From contig CM097885.1 in NCBI GenBank assembly GCA_044892525.1, forward strand, positions 49,044,001 to 49,108,000: DNA of 64,000 nucleotides, given 5' to 3'. Positions 1 through 13,062 of this stretch are shown in pieces (within the stretch, counting starts at the first letter, position 1; each line of letters starts with the position of its first letter). Source of the stretch: Schmidtea polychroa (taxonomy: Eukaryota). The position numbers and the translations under genes are program-made. The notes beneath the pieces were generated by a model. It ran no database searches, was not told the DNA's origin, and was given only the letters and a program-made list of their open reading frames with translations.

Positions 1-66
1 TAATAAGAACTTTTATTTCTTCCAATTTCACCACTGATTATATTTTTCATTGAATTTAATTAAAAG

Positions 67-140
67 AGAGTTTGAAGACTATAAATCAGTAATATATCGA
101 TGTTTGTTGATATATTACTGATTTATAGTCTTCAAACTCT
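67..140. repeat. 32-bp perfect inverted repeat (10-nt loop) made from a Penelope-like element tail
   Basis: Arms 67-98 (AGAGTTTGAAGACTATAAATCAGTAATATATC) and 109-140 are exact reverse complements. The same sequence recurs at ~4854 and ~18824, the latter next to a GIY-YIG remnant. Confidence 0.75.
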
Positions 141-328
141 TTTCTTAATAAATTTAATAATTTTGTATACATTAATTTTTAACAATTGCCATCCACAAAA
201 TTGTGCAAACTTGGAATGTTTAAATTTTTTCATTGTGTCTGTCGTGACGGTGTTATGTAGTTTTAGATAATGGTATATGACATATACTATATGTGATGTG
301 ATGGAAACTTAAATGGATCTTATCCATT

Positions 329-1282
329 TGTTTATTTTTTAAAGTAAATTATTAAATTATATAGTTCAGATTAAAAGGAAAACTGAAATTGAATGGCGGT
401 CAAGCAGAGAAGCAATGGCAAAGAAAGATATGATAAAAACAGAACTATGAAAGGGTACAATCAGACATGAAATGGAAAAATGTGCAAACCTGAGGAAGTG
501 CAAAAAAGTGAAAAGTTATCGAAATTGAAGCTGGAAAACGGGAGAGGGGTAGATAAAGGGATGGTGAAGAAGACAGTGAGCAAAAAATTGTTAGAAAATG
601 TTTAGAAAGGGTCGTAAAACAGACAAATGTGAAAAAACGTAAAATATTAATTAATTAATAAATTGGCTAATGTGAAACCCGAGCTAATGGAGAACCCGAG
701 CACGACAATTTGGAAGGGTAAACAAACGAGGAATTCAGAGGGCAATTATCCAAACAACCGGATAAACGAGGGTAAACAAAAGAAGGAGAATTACGAAGAG
801 AGTCAACAGGAATAGCTAATTAGGGAATGATAACCAAAGAAGTCAAAACCAATTAGGTCAAAAATGAGACAATGACAACGATTATGGGAGTATATAAGGA
901 AACTCAAAATTCATATAATTGGCGATCGCCTTAGGTAGGGAAGAAGAAACTGACAGTAGGAGTTAGAGGAAAAAATTAAAAGAAGAAGAGGATTATAAGG
1001 AAAACTGAAGAGTTAGACAAGGAGTGTTAAAAGAGATTGGATCAGAGAGCGGAACCGAATCGAAAGATGAACTTATTTTTTAATCGTACAAGGTTAAGAC
1101 CTTCCTTAGCGGAGTCCGAACAGAAATTGTGTGAAAATTGTGGCTAACCAACAGTGTAATTAATTGTTGAGAGTTGTAAATTTTTATAAAACAAATATAC
1201 GTTGAGAGTTTTTGTTTATTGATTTTGGAACACGTGGAGTCAGAGTAACCAACGGTTGAATTTGATATCATAAAACCCAACA
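329..1282 (+). mobile_element. Probable degenerate solo-LTR-like element related to the TGTTGGG family
   Basis: Ends in CCCAACA followed by CATT; CATT also precedes TGTT at 329. It has a TATA-like GTATATAAGG near 890, and TAAGACCTTCC..CGG.AGTC..GAAC (~1095) matches the family motif at ~22763. The left boundary is uncertain. Confidence 0.4.
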
Positions 1283-1640
1283 CATTTAACATTCCAATAA
1301 AACATATTAAAGAAATGTTTATTGAATAATTTAATTTGAATTTAAAAATATTTTTAAAAATTTATTTTTAGTTTATTGTTTCCACTATAGAGCAATGTTT
1401 TCTTTTTTACACAAATTGTTGATTTTTAATTAATTTTTTAATTAATATATAATAATTTTTAGTTATCTAAAATTTTGGATGATAAAATAAATTTTTAATT
1501 AACTTGTTAAGTTAATATGTGATACTAGCATCATCGAAATAACTTTCATCGTATATATCTTAAATTAATCATTGTAAATTTTCAATGCATAAGGTTTGTT
1601 TTAATATACAATTTTTGTTTAAACTTTCAGTATTTTTAAA

Positions 1641-2510
1641 ATGGAAAGTGTTGTTAAAATTAATATTCATCCAGTGGCTTTATTTTCAATAACTGATGCA
1701 TTTGAAAGAAGGTCTGACGTAAATTCTCGTGTCATTGGTACTCTTTTGGGATATACCGACAGTAGAGACATTCATGTCACAAATTCATTTGCTGTTCCAC
1801 ATACTGAAAATGATACAGAAGTTTTCATGTCAATTGAATTTAATCAAACCATGATTGGTTTGAATGGGAAAGTATTTTTATAATTTTTATTTAACATACT
1901 AATAATATTTTAGGTTAATCCCAGCGAAAAAATTGTTGGTTGGTATTCTACTGGATCAGAAATAACTCCGCATTCTAAATTAGTTCACGAAGATTATTAC
2001 CAAAAGTTATGTCGTAAACAGTGCGTATTTTTACTGGTCGACACCAGTATGCAATCTTTAGATGTTGCTATTAAAGCTTACACTAGTCGTCCTATTGGTG
2101 TACCGAATAAAAGTAATGGAGTTATGTTTGTCCCTATTGAAGTACAAATAATTGCTCATGAATCTGAAAGATACGCATTGGATTTAATGAAAGAAGGATT
2201 AAGTAATAAAAAAAGGCACGTTTATATGAAACCTGATTTATCTCAGGTGATAAATGTAAGTAGTAATGTTCTTGAAATGATTACAGTTGTTTTGGATTAT
2301 GTTTCAAAAGTTGTTAATAAAGAAATAAAACCGGATCCTGAAGTAGGTCGAAAATTGGCACAGATAGTACTTGCTATTCCCAAAATTGATGCTGAAAAAT
2401 TAGAAGAACTAGTATCATCGAGTACAAAAGATCTATTAATGTATACATATCTGTGTACATTGATTAAAACTGAAATGAAAATCACGGAAAAATTGTTGAA
2501 TTCTGCTTAA
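1641..2510 (+). CDS. EIF3F: Eukaryotic translation initiation factor 3 subunit F (MPN domain); exons 1641-1871 and 1914-2510, 275 aa
   Basis: Motifs IHPVALFSITDAFERR, RVIGTLLG, TNSFAVPH and IVGWYSTG, with an eIF3f-like C-terminus (DLLMYTYL). The 42-nt GT-AG intron 1872-1913 joins the two ORFs in frame. Confidence 0.93.
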
Positions 2511-3049
2511 ATACATTTTTGTTTTGATTTCAAATATATTATCTTGGATATTCTTATTGAATTTCTGAATGCTATATTTGGATGCTTGAAATAAATTTTT
2601 GTATTGTAGAAATGTTTTGATTGATATATTTTCTTTTTGTGCTTTTGCAAAATTCACCTCAGATAATGAATTTAAACACTTCAAATATATTGAGAAATAA
2701 CATAAAGAATTTTGTCAAACTGTAATTCATTTTAAATTTGTCTAAGCTCTAGTTCATTGATTTTTAAAGTTCTCGGATTAATGGACGGCTCGAGGTGATT
2801 TTTGTCGCTGTTTAATGTTTAATAATTGTAAGAGTTAGTAGGTGTTTACTTGTCAACAAAAATCCACTGTTGATTAATCTCACGACCAACACTGTTTTAT
2901 GATTGAGTCTGGGTTTGTTTGGACCTTGCCCAGACGCTTCAATAATAATACAAATAGTATAAAAATAATCACTATAAATAGTAATAAATAAATACTAATA
3001 AATTAAAATAGAAAATTTAAGTTTCAGAATTTAGTATAAGAGTGATTAA

Positions 3050-4780
3050 TTTTGCTACAGAAACAACGACGAAACCAAAGAAAATTATTAACAGCTGGAG
3101 ATTAAAGAAACAGCTTGGAATTATATTTTTCGTATTTAAAGAATAGCCAAAGAATGAGAACTTGGTTGTGAAAATTATTTTTGGAAAATTTGTCAAGCCG
3201 ATTTGAAATAGCATTAAAAAATGGTATTGTTGATCATATAGTGAAGTTGTTGATTATCCATTTAGCGAAAACAGAAATTGGCAATCAAGTAATTGATAGA
3301 TCAATTGTAACAGTTTAGCAAGGATTGCATTCTGATTCGGATAAGCATCAGTTTTCAAGGGGAACTGTTTTGCTTAAGTAATCTTCTTAAATAGCAGATG
3401 GTAGGTATCAAAGAAAACGTTAATACCAATTTCTGGGTAGTAAGCGATTGCGCTAAATTTCGAGCATCCCTCGTCTTTTTTCAATTTGATCAATTTGGAT
3501 CCTACATTCACCGTCTTTGAAATACCTAAGGACGGTTTGTGTAACCATTATCCTTTTTTAGTCGCGGCAAGTTTTTGGGAATTAAATCTTTTTTTTTTGT
3601 TATTTTGTAAATCATATTTGTATTTATATTTCATAAATAAATATTAGTATCGAAAAGAGTATTGCGTTTATATTTGTGAACACAGATCTTTGGAGTCAGA
3701 TTAGGAGAACGTGTGTTAATTGTATACCCACTTACGAACTTAACAATTGTTTAAATGAATACAGTGAAAATGTTCCTCAATTTCTATAAGTTTATGTAAT
3801 AATACACATGTAAGAAAATTTTGAAACCCGTGTTCAGTTTTTCTAATTTCAGACAGCCTTTCCCTGTTCATTACTGAATGAACGTTGTTAGATCTCGATA
3901 ATTGGTTGCGTAATTCTCTCAGCTGTTTTGGATTGAACCAGACTGTTTCAAATTTTTGGTTTAAGGTATTCAGCTGGCGAATAGTTCATTTTAGTTTCTC
4001 TATTGTATGGACACTTCATGCACGTCAAGCATTTAATTATCTCTGAAATCGATAACTCGCACGGAACTTCCTTCATTTGGTCCCTCAAACTCACGTTATC
4101 TAGAAAATGCAAACATGACACCTAATACATTCCAGCAGGCAGAAAAATACTATTAAAAGTAAGGTATTCCATTAAACCATGAGAGTGAGCTCAATATAAC
4201 CAACTTTTCTGTTAGCTTATTTCATTGTAATTAGAGAAATGTTAAATTGTCTTTCTATGTGTTAAAAATACACCTCGTTTGGAGGAAACTTTTAGAAACC
4301 TTTATCTGTCTAATAGATGATTAGTTTTCTCCTTTTCCTAATGTTTACAAAACTCCCAGATCAGCAATTGCAAATAAAAATTTTTTTGAGGTTTCAATAT
4401 TTGAGATTCCCAACTTTACAGTTTCTTATATAAAGAACACAGGTCTTTATATAAATGCTTATTTAAAATATCAAAAATGACCAAATTACAAATCGAATTT
4501 GCAAAAGTGATCTTTAAAATTCGTTAATTTCACTGAGTAATTAAAAATTCTTTTTCGCTAAAAATGCGTGATAACAGTGTGATTGTTTTTATGTTGTCTG
4601 GTGCTTGCCTTGTTAATTTTAATGCGATTTAATAAGTCTTATGTAAAGCGTTTTTGTCTGCTCTGTGTTTTATTATTTCCACCTTGGATTAACCTTTGAA
4701 AACTCTTCTTAGAGCAAATTTTCGGAGAATTAAATGACTTTTTTCGCTGTATTTATATCAAAATTTTTCTATGAAAATAA
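3050..4780 (-). mobile_element. Highly decayed LINE-like (L1/Tx1-like) remnant
   Basis: Only broken reading frames with weak post-RT-like peptides (e.g. KLGISNIETSKK); no intact domain. Confidence 0.25.
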
Positions 4781-4853
4781 AATATAATTATTTCCGGCTT
4801 ATACGTACGAAGTAATATAAAATCTTATATTTACATATTTATTTTATTTATTA

Positions 4854-4945
4854 AAAAGAGCTCGAAGACTATAAATCAGTAAATATATCGATATTTTTAA
4901 TATTCACGAATTTTCGGCACTGGCTTTTTCAATTGAATTTGATCA
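4854..4945 (-). mobile_element. Penelope-like element tail fragment
   Basis: Close match to 18824-18920, including a TTGAAAAAG...CCGAAAATTCGTGA motif on the minus strand. Confidence 0.6.
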
Positions 4946-5547
4946 AATATAATATAATTTGAACTTCTAAGAAGAGTTGCAAATTCAGAAATTGATATTG
5001 CAATATAATTTAGAGCATACCTATTTTACACATCCGAGCTCAGGAAGCTGCTACAGCAGTCGGAATCTGATTCAAAAGTTTTTTTGTGCATAACTTTTTA
5101 AATAATTTGAAAATATTGATATGTTAATCAATGTTAATTTCGCAAAAAAAACTTTATTAATTTTGTATGTATTTTTCATTATGTGTGCTGTGTTTGTATG
5201 CTTAATTATTTTCTCTCACTTTTCAGATTCCTTTAATAAATATATTAACTTTCACAGCATTAAATTTTTACACACAGGTAAGTTTGTGTGTTCCTATAAT
5301 ATATATTTATTGATTTTTTTAGATTATAGACAATGTCAACTTCCACAGTTAGGTGTAGAACACGTGGAGTCATAAACACAGACTTTAATATTTATTTTTT
5401 TTTGAAAATTCAACAACTTTTGACATATTTTTGGATTGCCATGGTAACAAAGTGATGTAAATTTACCCTGCACAAATGAGGAAGACCAACCTATGCAGAA
5501 AATAGTTGAATATTTGATGAATTAAAACAAAAGCCTCATAACATTTA

Positions 5548-8500
5548 TTAAAATTGAATTCCCAATGCATCCTTTCCTTCGGACATTAGAACCAATGAAG
5601 ACTGCCTGATTTTGCACAGAAACGATTGTAAATGCTTCTTATCAAATGCCTAAAAACAAAAATATCAACCGGAAACATTTATTGCTGGAGAAACAAAAAT
5701 TCTCACTGAAAACAATTCATAACGAGAATCCGCGAGTAGGTTTACCAAATCGAAACATTTCTCATTCTCACCGCTATTAGTCAGAACTTTCAATGACATA
5801 AATGCAACCGTTACTATACAATTCTTTCTCAACCGACCGATCTGTTGTTTTCTATTGTAACAGATATCGTTATCCGATTCATCGGTTTCACGATTGTTTT
5901 CATCGAACCACAATAAATCATCCCCGGTGTCACTTAACCAGCCGCGGCTTCCCATTTTCAATAAATCAATAAAACTATCATAGGCTTTCTGGAGGAAATA
6001 GATAAAGTATTTTCAATGGAAAACTATTGGGAAAGCCTTACAATGGCATTGTGTTTATTGAGCTTTTTCCATTGCTGTAGAGAATGAATGTATTCATCGT
6101 GTTGCTTTTGTAATTGCTGTTTCTCTTGAAAGCTCAATCTATTGAGATCTGGATTGACAGTTAGGTCTAATTCGAGGGGTTTGTGGCAAGTAAATTGGTT
6201 AAACCAATCACTAAATAAATCCTGCAATGACATTTTTATTAAAATTCCAATAAATCCATTTTAGTGGAATTTCTGATTAAGCCATTTTGTAGAGAATTAA
6301 ATCCTGTCTATATATTATTACATTGAAAATCCACTCAAATCAATTTATCGAGCAGGAAATTGCATTTAAGTGTAATAAGGTACACTGGAGCAGTTCCACT
6401 ACACCAACATACAATTGAATAAATCAACTATAAATTTACAATTCAGAGAAATGTTCACTTCATTTAAACAAAAAATGGAAAAAGTATAAAATAATAATCA
6501 TTAAAATTCGTATGACAAAAAATCAGTTTTATCTATCAAGATCAAAAATCCATAAAACATTTTGTTTTTAAATATCCCTTCAAGCTATTACCTCTAAATT
6601 TACGATAGGAGAATTTTACTTCAACTATTAATTTTAACACGACATTTCCCTCTTAATGCTATATAAAAATAGAACTTTCTCTATCAACTGATATCAACCG
6701 TTATATTGCATTAAATATTAGAGAATCAATACAATATATTTGAGTCAATATAATAATATTTGAATCAATATAACAATATTTGAGTCAATATCTTAATTAT
6801 AATATTTGAGTCAATATAATAATTATAATATTTGAGTCAATAATAATTAAATTTGAGAAATCATGATTTTAAAATAATTTTCAATAAATAGGAATAAAGC
6901 TAAATCACTTGGAATAAGAATTAATTTGGTGATATAGTCTGTTATTAAAAAAATATATGCTTACATGACAGGCAATATATTTTCTGAGGCATTCATTCTC
7001 ATAGAGTGCATTTGGTAACCACAAAGGACCTTTATCTTTGTTTATATTAAGCTGGCACCAAATATCATCTGATATTTTATTCAGTATCTAAATTTGTTTC
7101 AAATACGATAGATAATTGGAATATACGACGAACCATTTTAGCTGCATGAAGTTTACCAGCTTCCAGAAATGTCCTAGAAAATGCATTAGCTTGACGGACC
7201 AAATGATATTTTTGCTCCGGTAAAAACGTCAACCAATCAAGACAATCAATTTTCAATCTGTCAATGTCGGAAACAAAAATTTCGAATCGATTTTTCTCAT
7301 CGAAATTCCCATCGGTTATAGGAGTTGATGAGCTGGAAATTCTTTCCGATTCGTTCCTGTTCAGTCTTACCGTGCTAACAAAATACCGAGTTATTTCCAC
7401 AATAGGCAAATCGTAATTGAGTGCATCTTCAATACAATTCTGTTTTTCTTTATACGTATTGATTCCTTGAGTTAAGCAGAGTAATAATCATTGAGAAATT
7501 TCCCATACAAGAAATCATACCCAATAAACTCTTAGAAAACCACTTAATTTGCAGATTCATCGACAATTTCGATATATAAAATGCGATTGTGTCCAAATAT
7601 TTGTCATCAATCAAACATTTTATATATTCTTCCAACACTTTATGGTAAACTTCTATTTTCAAATTTTCATGAGTTGAATAAATGAAAATTATCAAATGAG
7701 TTAAAAATCTCATAATATTTTTATCGGAAGCACTTTTTTTCTCTGAAAAACGCGACATAACAAGCCCGATTTGTTCAATAATGCCTGAACAATTGAAACA
7801 ATATTTATCACGTCGTAGCATAATCAATAAATTTCTTATTAATTATAAGAATTCACAGATCCGATTCAATAACTTTTAATTTTGTGTTCAATATAAAATA
7901 CTTTGAATCAATATAATAATATATGAATCAATAATAATTAATTTTAAAATATTAAATTCATAATACAGAATTCTCTAAATAAAACTGTTTAAATACTGTC
8001 AGATTTAAGGATGTTTAAGTTATAGAATTTTTATTCGTTCATTGAGCTGTGTTTCGGGGAACATGTCTATAAATAGTAACATTTAATTCAAATACAATAA
8101 AAATGCATATTTGACATCATCATGTAGAAATCATTATGATGATGCCAATCAGAGCCGTAGCTATAGAACAGGAGTGGCCAACCGGCGGCCCGCCGCATTA
8201 TTCAAAAATATTGTAATGGCCCTTTTACCAAAAAGGTTGGCCACCCTTGCTATAGAAAATGGCGCCCGAGGTGAGATTGAAATTTGGTGCCCCTGGTGCC
8301 AAAAGAATCCACCACTCCCATTAATTATGTACTTACAGGAATGGAATTGGTCTTGACGAGTCAAATTAAGATGCAAAGCTATACAATGCTTAACCAAACT
8401 TATATAACGAAAACCAATAAATTATAAATATTTATTATACATGTGTAATACATTAATATCGAAAATTTATTTACTCCGTATTTATTAAACCTAAGTTCAG

Positions 8501-11219
8501 AGTTTTGATCATTAAGTTCCTATTAAGGTTACTATTATATATTTAATATGAAAAAAGAAAGAAAAGCAAAAATTATCATTTCAGTTTTAGCGCCCTTCGA
8601 CTCGGCGCCCGGGGCGTTCGCCCCATTCGCCACCCCTAGCTACGGCTCTGATTCCAATGAGTTAAAAATATTTTTACAATCATTGATTCTTCAAGCCGAA
8701 AAAAAAATTTAGAAAATCAATAATTTCTAAATAGTGATAATTTAATTCTGTATCAAAAAACAGAAAAATAATCTGAGAAACTGTGTTAAATACAAAAAAC
8801 TATAAATAATAATTTATTTTAACATATTAAAATTTAGAGATTTTTAAGTTTTAAAACAGATTCGTATTTTACTGATTATAATAAGCTAAAATATTTTTAA
8901 AATTATTGGTTCCTGTTAAAAATGGAAAAAAGAATAATATGATTTTGCTGACAACTTAATCCCGTGTTTAATAATTTAAAGATTTTTTGGATCAATTTTT
9001 TTGATGTTGTGAAAAATGAAAATTTTAAAAATCAATATTTTCTAAAAAATGTCATCTTGTAAAGAATTTAATTCTGTCCTAAACTACTAAAAAGCACTTT
9101 AAGATCACTAGGAAAATCGAAAAATAAGAAAATCGATAATTCAGATATCATTTCTGAAAATTTGATCTATTTAATAAATTTTAAGATTTGTATTTTAAAA
9201 GAAGCGCCAAAAAAGCAAATATTTAAACAACAAACAAATATCCTTAAGATAAAGCTATTAGTCCTTAGAAATCCGACAATTTCTTTTGATTTCACTAAAG
9301 CGCACTTCTTATCTAAACTACAGAAATTTACTATATGATATTGATTATTCTATCAAATGAAAACCAACAAACCTTCAATATCTTCCAATATGATAAACTT
9401 TTGAACCATTTCAAATATTGATTGATAAAATAATTTCGATGAGTTTGTGAAATTGTGGATTTGATTACCAGCTTGTAGTGCATCGACCGGATCATGTACC
9501 AATTTCAATGAGATGCTATTGAAAATCTGTTCCAGTTTCCAATCATAGATTGAAGGGTTTTCATTGAGGGTGTTGTTAGGATTTTCCAGGTTTTTCAATG
9601 CTGGAAATCGCGAAAGATCGATATCGTCATCCCCGAAAAGAGATTGGGTATGGAATTCGCCGTTATTCGTGTATGTTTTCAAATAGTAATCGATCATGGA
9701 TTCAATATGCACTTTGAAATGGGCCCACAATAAACCATTCCAATCCTTTTCCACCATAGATAATACCTGTAAATTTCCACAGAAAACAGCATAGATAGCT
9801 CTTTCATACAAATTGAGATGAGTCTAAATCGATAATATATTAATAGAATATAATCTATAGCGACTCCAAAATATAACATTTTCCGATAGTTTTTGACACG
9901 CCTGTTTGAATAGGTTTCTATTTGGATTACCAGAAACATCAGCGTTATTCATATCTAGATTTACACTGGTCGTTAGAGGATTTCTGAACGGTAGCCATCC
10001 GTTTAATGTCGCTCCTCGCCAAAATTCATCATGACTATGACATACTAATTGAGCCTTATCAATATCACCAGATTGAACACAATGAAATAAATATCTCAGA
10101 TATTCATTTTCGTTTTCTTTATCACTTTCCATCAGATTCAGCCTACCACGAAAAGGCGCATCGGGATCCTATATAAAGCTTAGAATTTTCCCTCGACAAA
10201 ATTGGCTTGCTTACCAATTCAAATTGCTTATTCCGAGAGAAAATATCGCGCTTATTGATTACATATTTTGTGTGTTCCCTTTAATATATATTTATAATAA
10301 TTTTTACTTCATCAAAATCCTACCATGATTTACCATGGGAACCGATGAGAAATTCGGTATTATGGCTCAATTTTTCTTGGAAAAATAATTCTAACCATTC
10401 AATAACAATCTAAAAGAGGAAAAATGACGATTTTTATAATGTACAATGAAAAGTAGTCAATTGAAAAATTATTTTTAAAATTTAGCATATCTCGAATTAA
10501 ATTTCTAAATGAATATATTATCAATAAATTTTACCTGGGCTTCCCTTAAATTTTTATTTGAATCAAACAACTTTTTGAGAACATCTAATTCAGAACACAG
10601 TGTCTAATAGTCAAATTAATTATACTAAAATTACTAATGTATTACATCTTTTGACAGAATTTCATTGCTTAAAGTGTTCGATTTATGTGAAAATCTATCT
10701 TTATATAAAAGACTTATGAGTTTCCAAGTTTTTATTTCGTTGCAAATAATAAATACCGAGCTCGATAATTCGCTGAGAAATAAATAGTTTATTATATTGA
10801 AGAAAATTCTACCTGTCATTGAATTTGTTTAACATATTAAGTTTTTTGGAAATATCATGAGAATCCAAGATATTTCTATATTCGTTTATCATAGTTAAGT
10901 AATCAGAATTTTCGCTGCAGAGCTTCGTTATGTTTTTAAATCCATTTATAATAGAATAAATATCTATATTTATTAATTAATAAACTAAATCCTAATATTA
11001 ACAAACTTGAAATCAAATTAAATTCCATTAAAGATGATGTTTCACCTAATGTTGTTCCTATCTAAAATATATATTAAGGGAATTGTTGAAATTTTAATTA
11101 CCTCATAACTTTGACTTAAAATTGAATTATTTTTATCAAATTTTTGCCCTGTTATATAAAAATATAAAAATTCCTTTTATAATAGAAATATTACTTGAAC
11201 TATCAAAAGAAATGTCCAT
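5548..11219 (-). CDS. NUP107: Nuclear pore complex protein Nup107, multi-exon
   Basis: Spliced exons give ELDPDAPFR, WRGATLNGW, GNPNRNLFK, YERAIYAVFCG, LWAHFK and KIDCLDWL. The C-terminus LCKIRQSSLVLMSEGKDALGIQF* matches the Nup107 end. The introns I checked are GT-AG. The start codon at 11219 is inferred. Confidence 0.92.
6725..6845. repeat. ~20-bp tandem minisatellite (ATATTTGAGTCAATATAATA) in a NUP107 intron
   Basis: About five degenerate copies are visible. Confidence 0.75.
8150..8650. mobile_element. hAT-type MITE in a NUP107 intron
   Basis: TIR CAGAGCCGTAGCTA/TAGCTACGGCTCTG; 8-bp TSD ATGCCAAT/ATTCCAAT (7 of 8 match). Confidence 0.88.
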
Positions 11220-13062
11220 CATAATTAACAAGATTTCAAACTGTATATTCAAACAAAGTTTTATAAAGATACAACTTAAATCTTTTTATAACTTTAACAT
11301 AAAACTTTATAAAATGTAAAATGACAGCTAATGAAAGAATTGTAATGATATATAAATAATTTTAAATTCTAATAAAAAGTAATTAATTAAGGATGAACAG
11401 GATCTCACAAAAATAATATTCAGGGAACACCTATACTTTATTTCAGATATACTCCGAGACGAGTAATGTTGCATAAATGGAGGATTTTTTGTGGGACTAG
11501 ATTCTAGGGCTTTTCGGTGGGTTTTCGCCGTTTGGATCTACTAGATTATGAATAATAAAGTGATGTTTAAGTAATTGGATCAAAATTTAACGTGTATATT
11601 TAAATGTATAAACAGCGAGTTGACCTCGTCAATTAGTGCCTAACCATTTCAAATCGCTCAATGGGTCTTATTTAAGCATTAAAATTTTCCGTGGGTCGGA
11701 CATAAAAAATAATAAATAAAAAACATAATGGTGGGTTACAATTGGGGGAAATTCTATATCTGCACATATTTCTCTACTTTTTTCGTTCGTAACTCCGCAA
11801 AACTATTGGTTACCACTAAGTGAAGTTGATGTTGCATATCAGTGGGTGGAGGTGATCAAAAGGTGAGCCAAATTTCATGGACTTATAATGTCTTGACGCG
11901 CCTTTGGGTTCAGGAGTTTAGCATATTTTCTATTGTTCTATCGTGATTATGATCATTCCATATAAGATCGTTATTATCATTCGACACCACGAACTATTAA
12001 TAAAAATATTTAAAGTGAAACAAATGAAATGCAATAATCAAAGTTCTGTTCAGTTTAATAAATCTGTGATCTAAATTGAAATGCAGGATTAAACAAGCAG
12101 AAACAAAATAATCAAAAATATATGAAATTAAATACACCAGCAAACTTTGAAGTACTGATTCGTCATTCGCGAGATTTTCAATTGTCGAATATGCTTTCTC
12201 TCGTACTTCCCTGGTGGTAGGTTCACTAACTTCCTGTTTTCTACCAATAGAGTAGATGCAGGTAATTTGATCATTAGAGCGATTATTGCGGGAAACTGTT
12301 CCTGCTCCCAATACATTGATTCTTTTCCAACTCCAGCGTCCACATACAAGCCGAGCCTCATTGTAATTAAACGCAGATCATAATTTTATATTTCGCATCG
12401 CCTCTTAATCTTCTTCTTGGAGGCTTTCAAGATTCTGAATCTTTTGATGCAATTTTTGAGTTTAATCCATACGGAACTATATAGATTTGATTTTTCTACA
12501 TCTCAATTTCAGTGCTTCGACCCAAAGATTTTCTGGTTGAAATAAATGATTAGTTTCTAGAAATAGAAGATATTTACATGAAGGCTGATATTGCTCCACT
12601 GAATTTGAGTGTTGTCTCAAAATAATTTTTGCACATTTAATTTACTAAATTCTTGAATTACTTAATATTTGGATTTTTTTGTCCATAAAAGCAAATATAA
12701 GATTTAAATTGTCCATCATAGCAATTCATTTATTGTAGTGACATATATAATTTCCATGTATATCTTTATTGAAATCATTGATATTTTTAAAAAATGAATA
12801 ATTTATAATAAGTATTCAGGTTAATACATTGAATTTTAGAGCTTTTGATAATATTTATGACTTACCCTAATATTTTAGGATAGTATTTTATAGAAATCAC
12901 ATGGCCACGTTAAACAAAGGCAATATATAAACTAAAGCAATATAAATTTTACTAGTTTTCTATTTTTTTGTAATTATTTAAAAATGTTATTAATTTTACA
13001 CTAATATTTCACATGTTTGTTTAAATAATTATTCTGACAAATGTATTTTTTTTAAAATACAA

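Noticed and set aside
11997..12361. Overlapping ORFs between NUP107 and TDRD3 as a gene
   Set aside because: No recognisable domain or exon structure; probably a decayed repeat.
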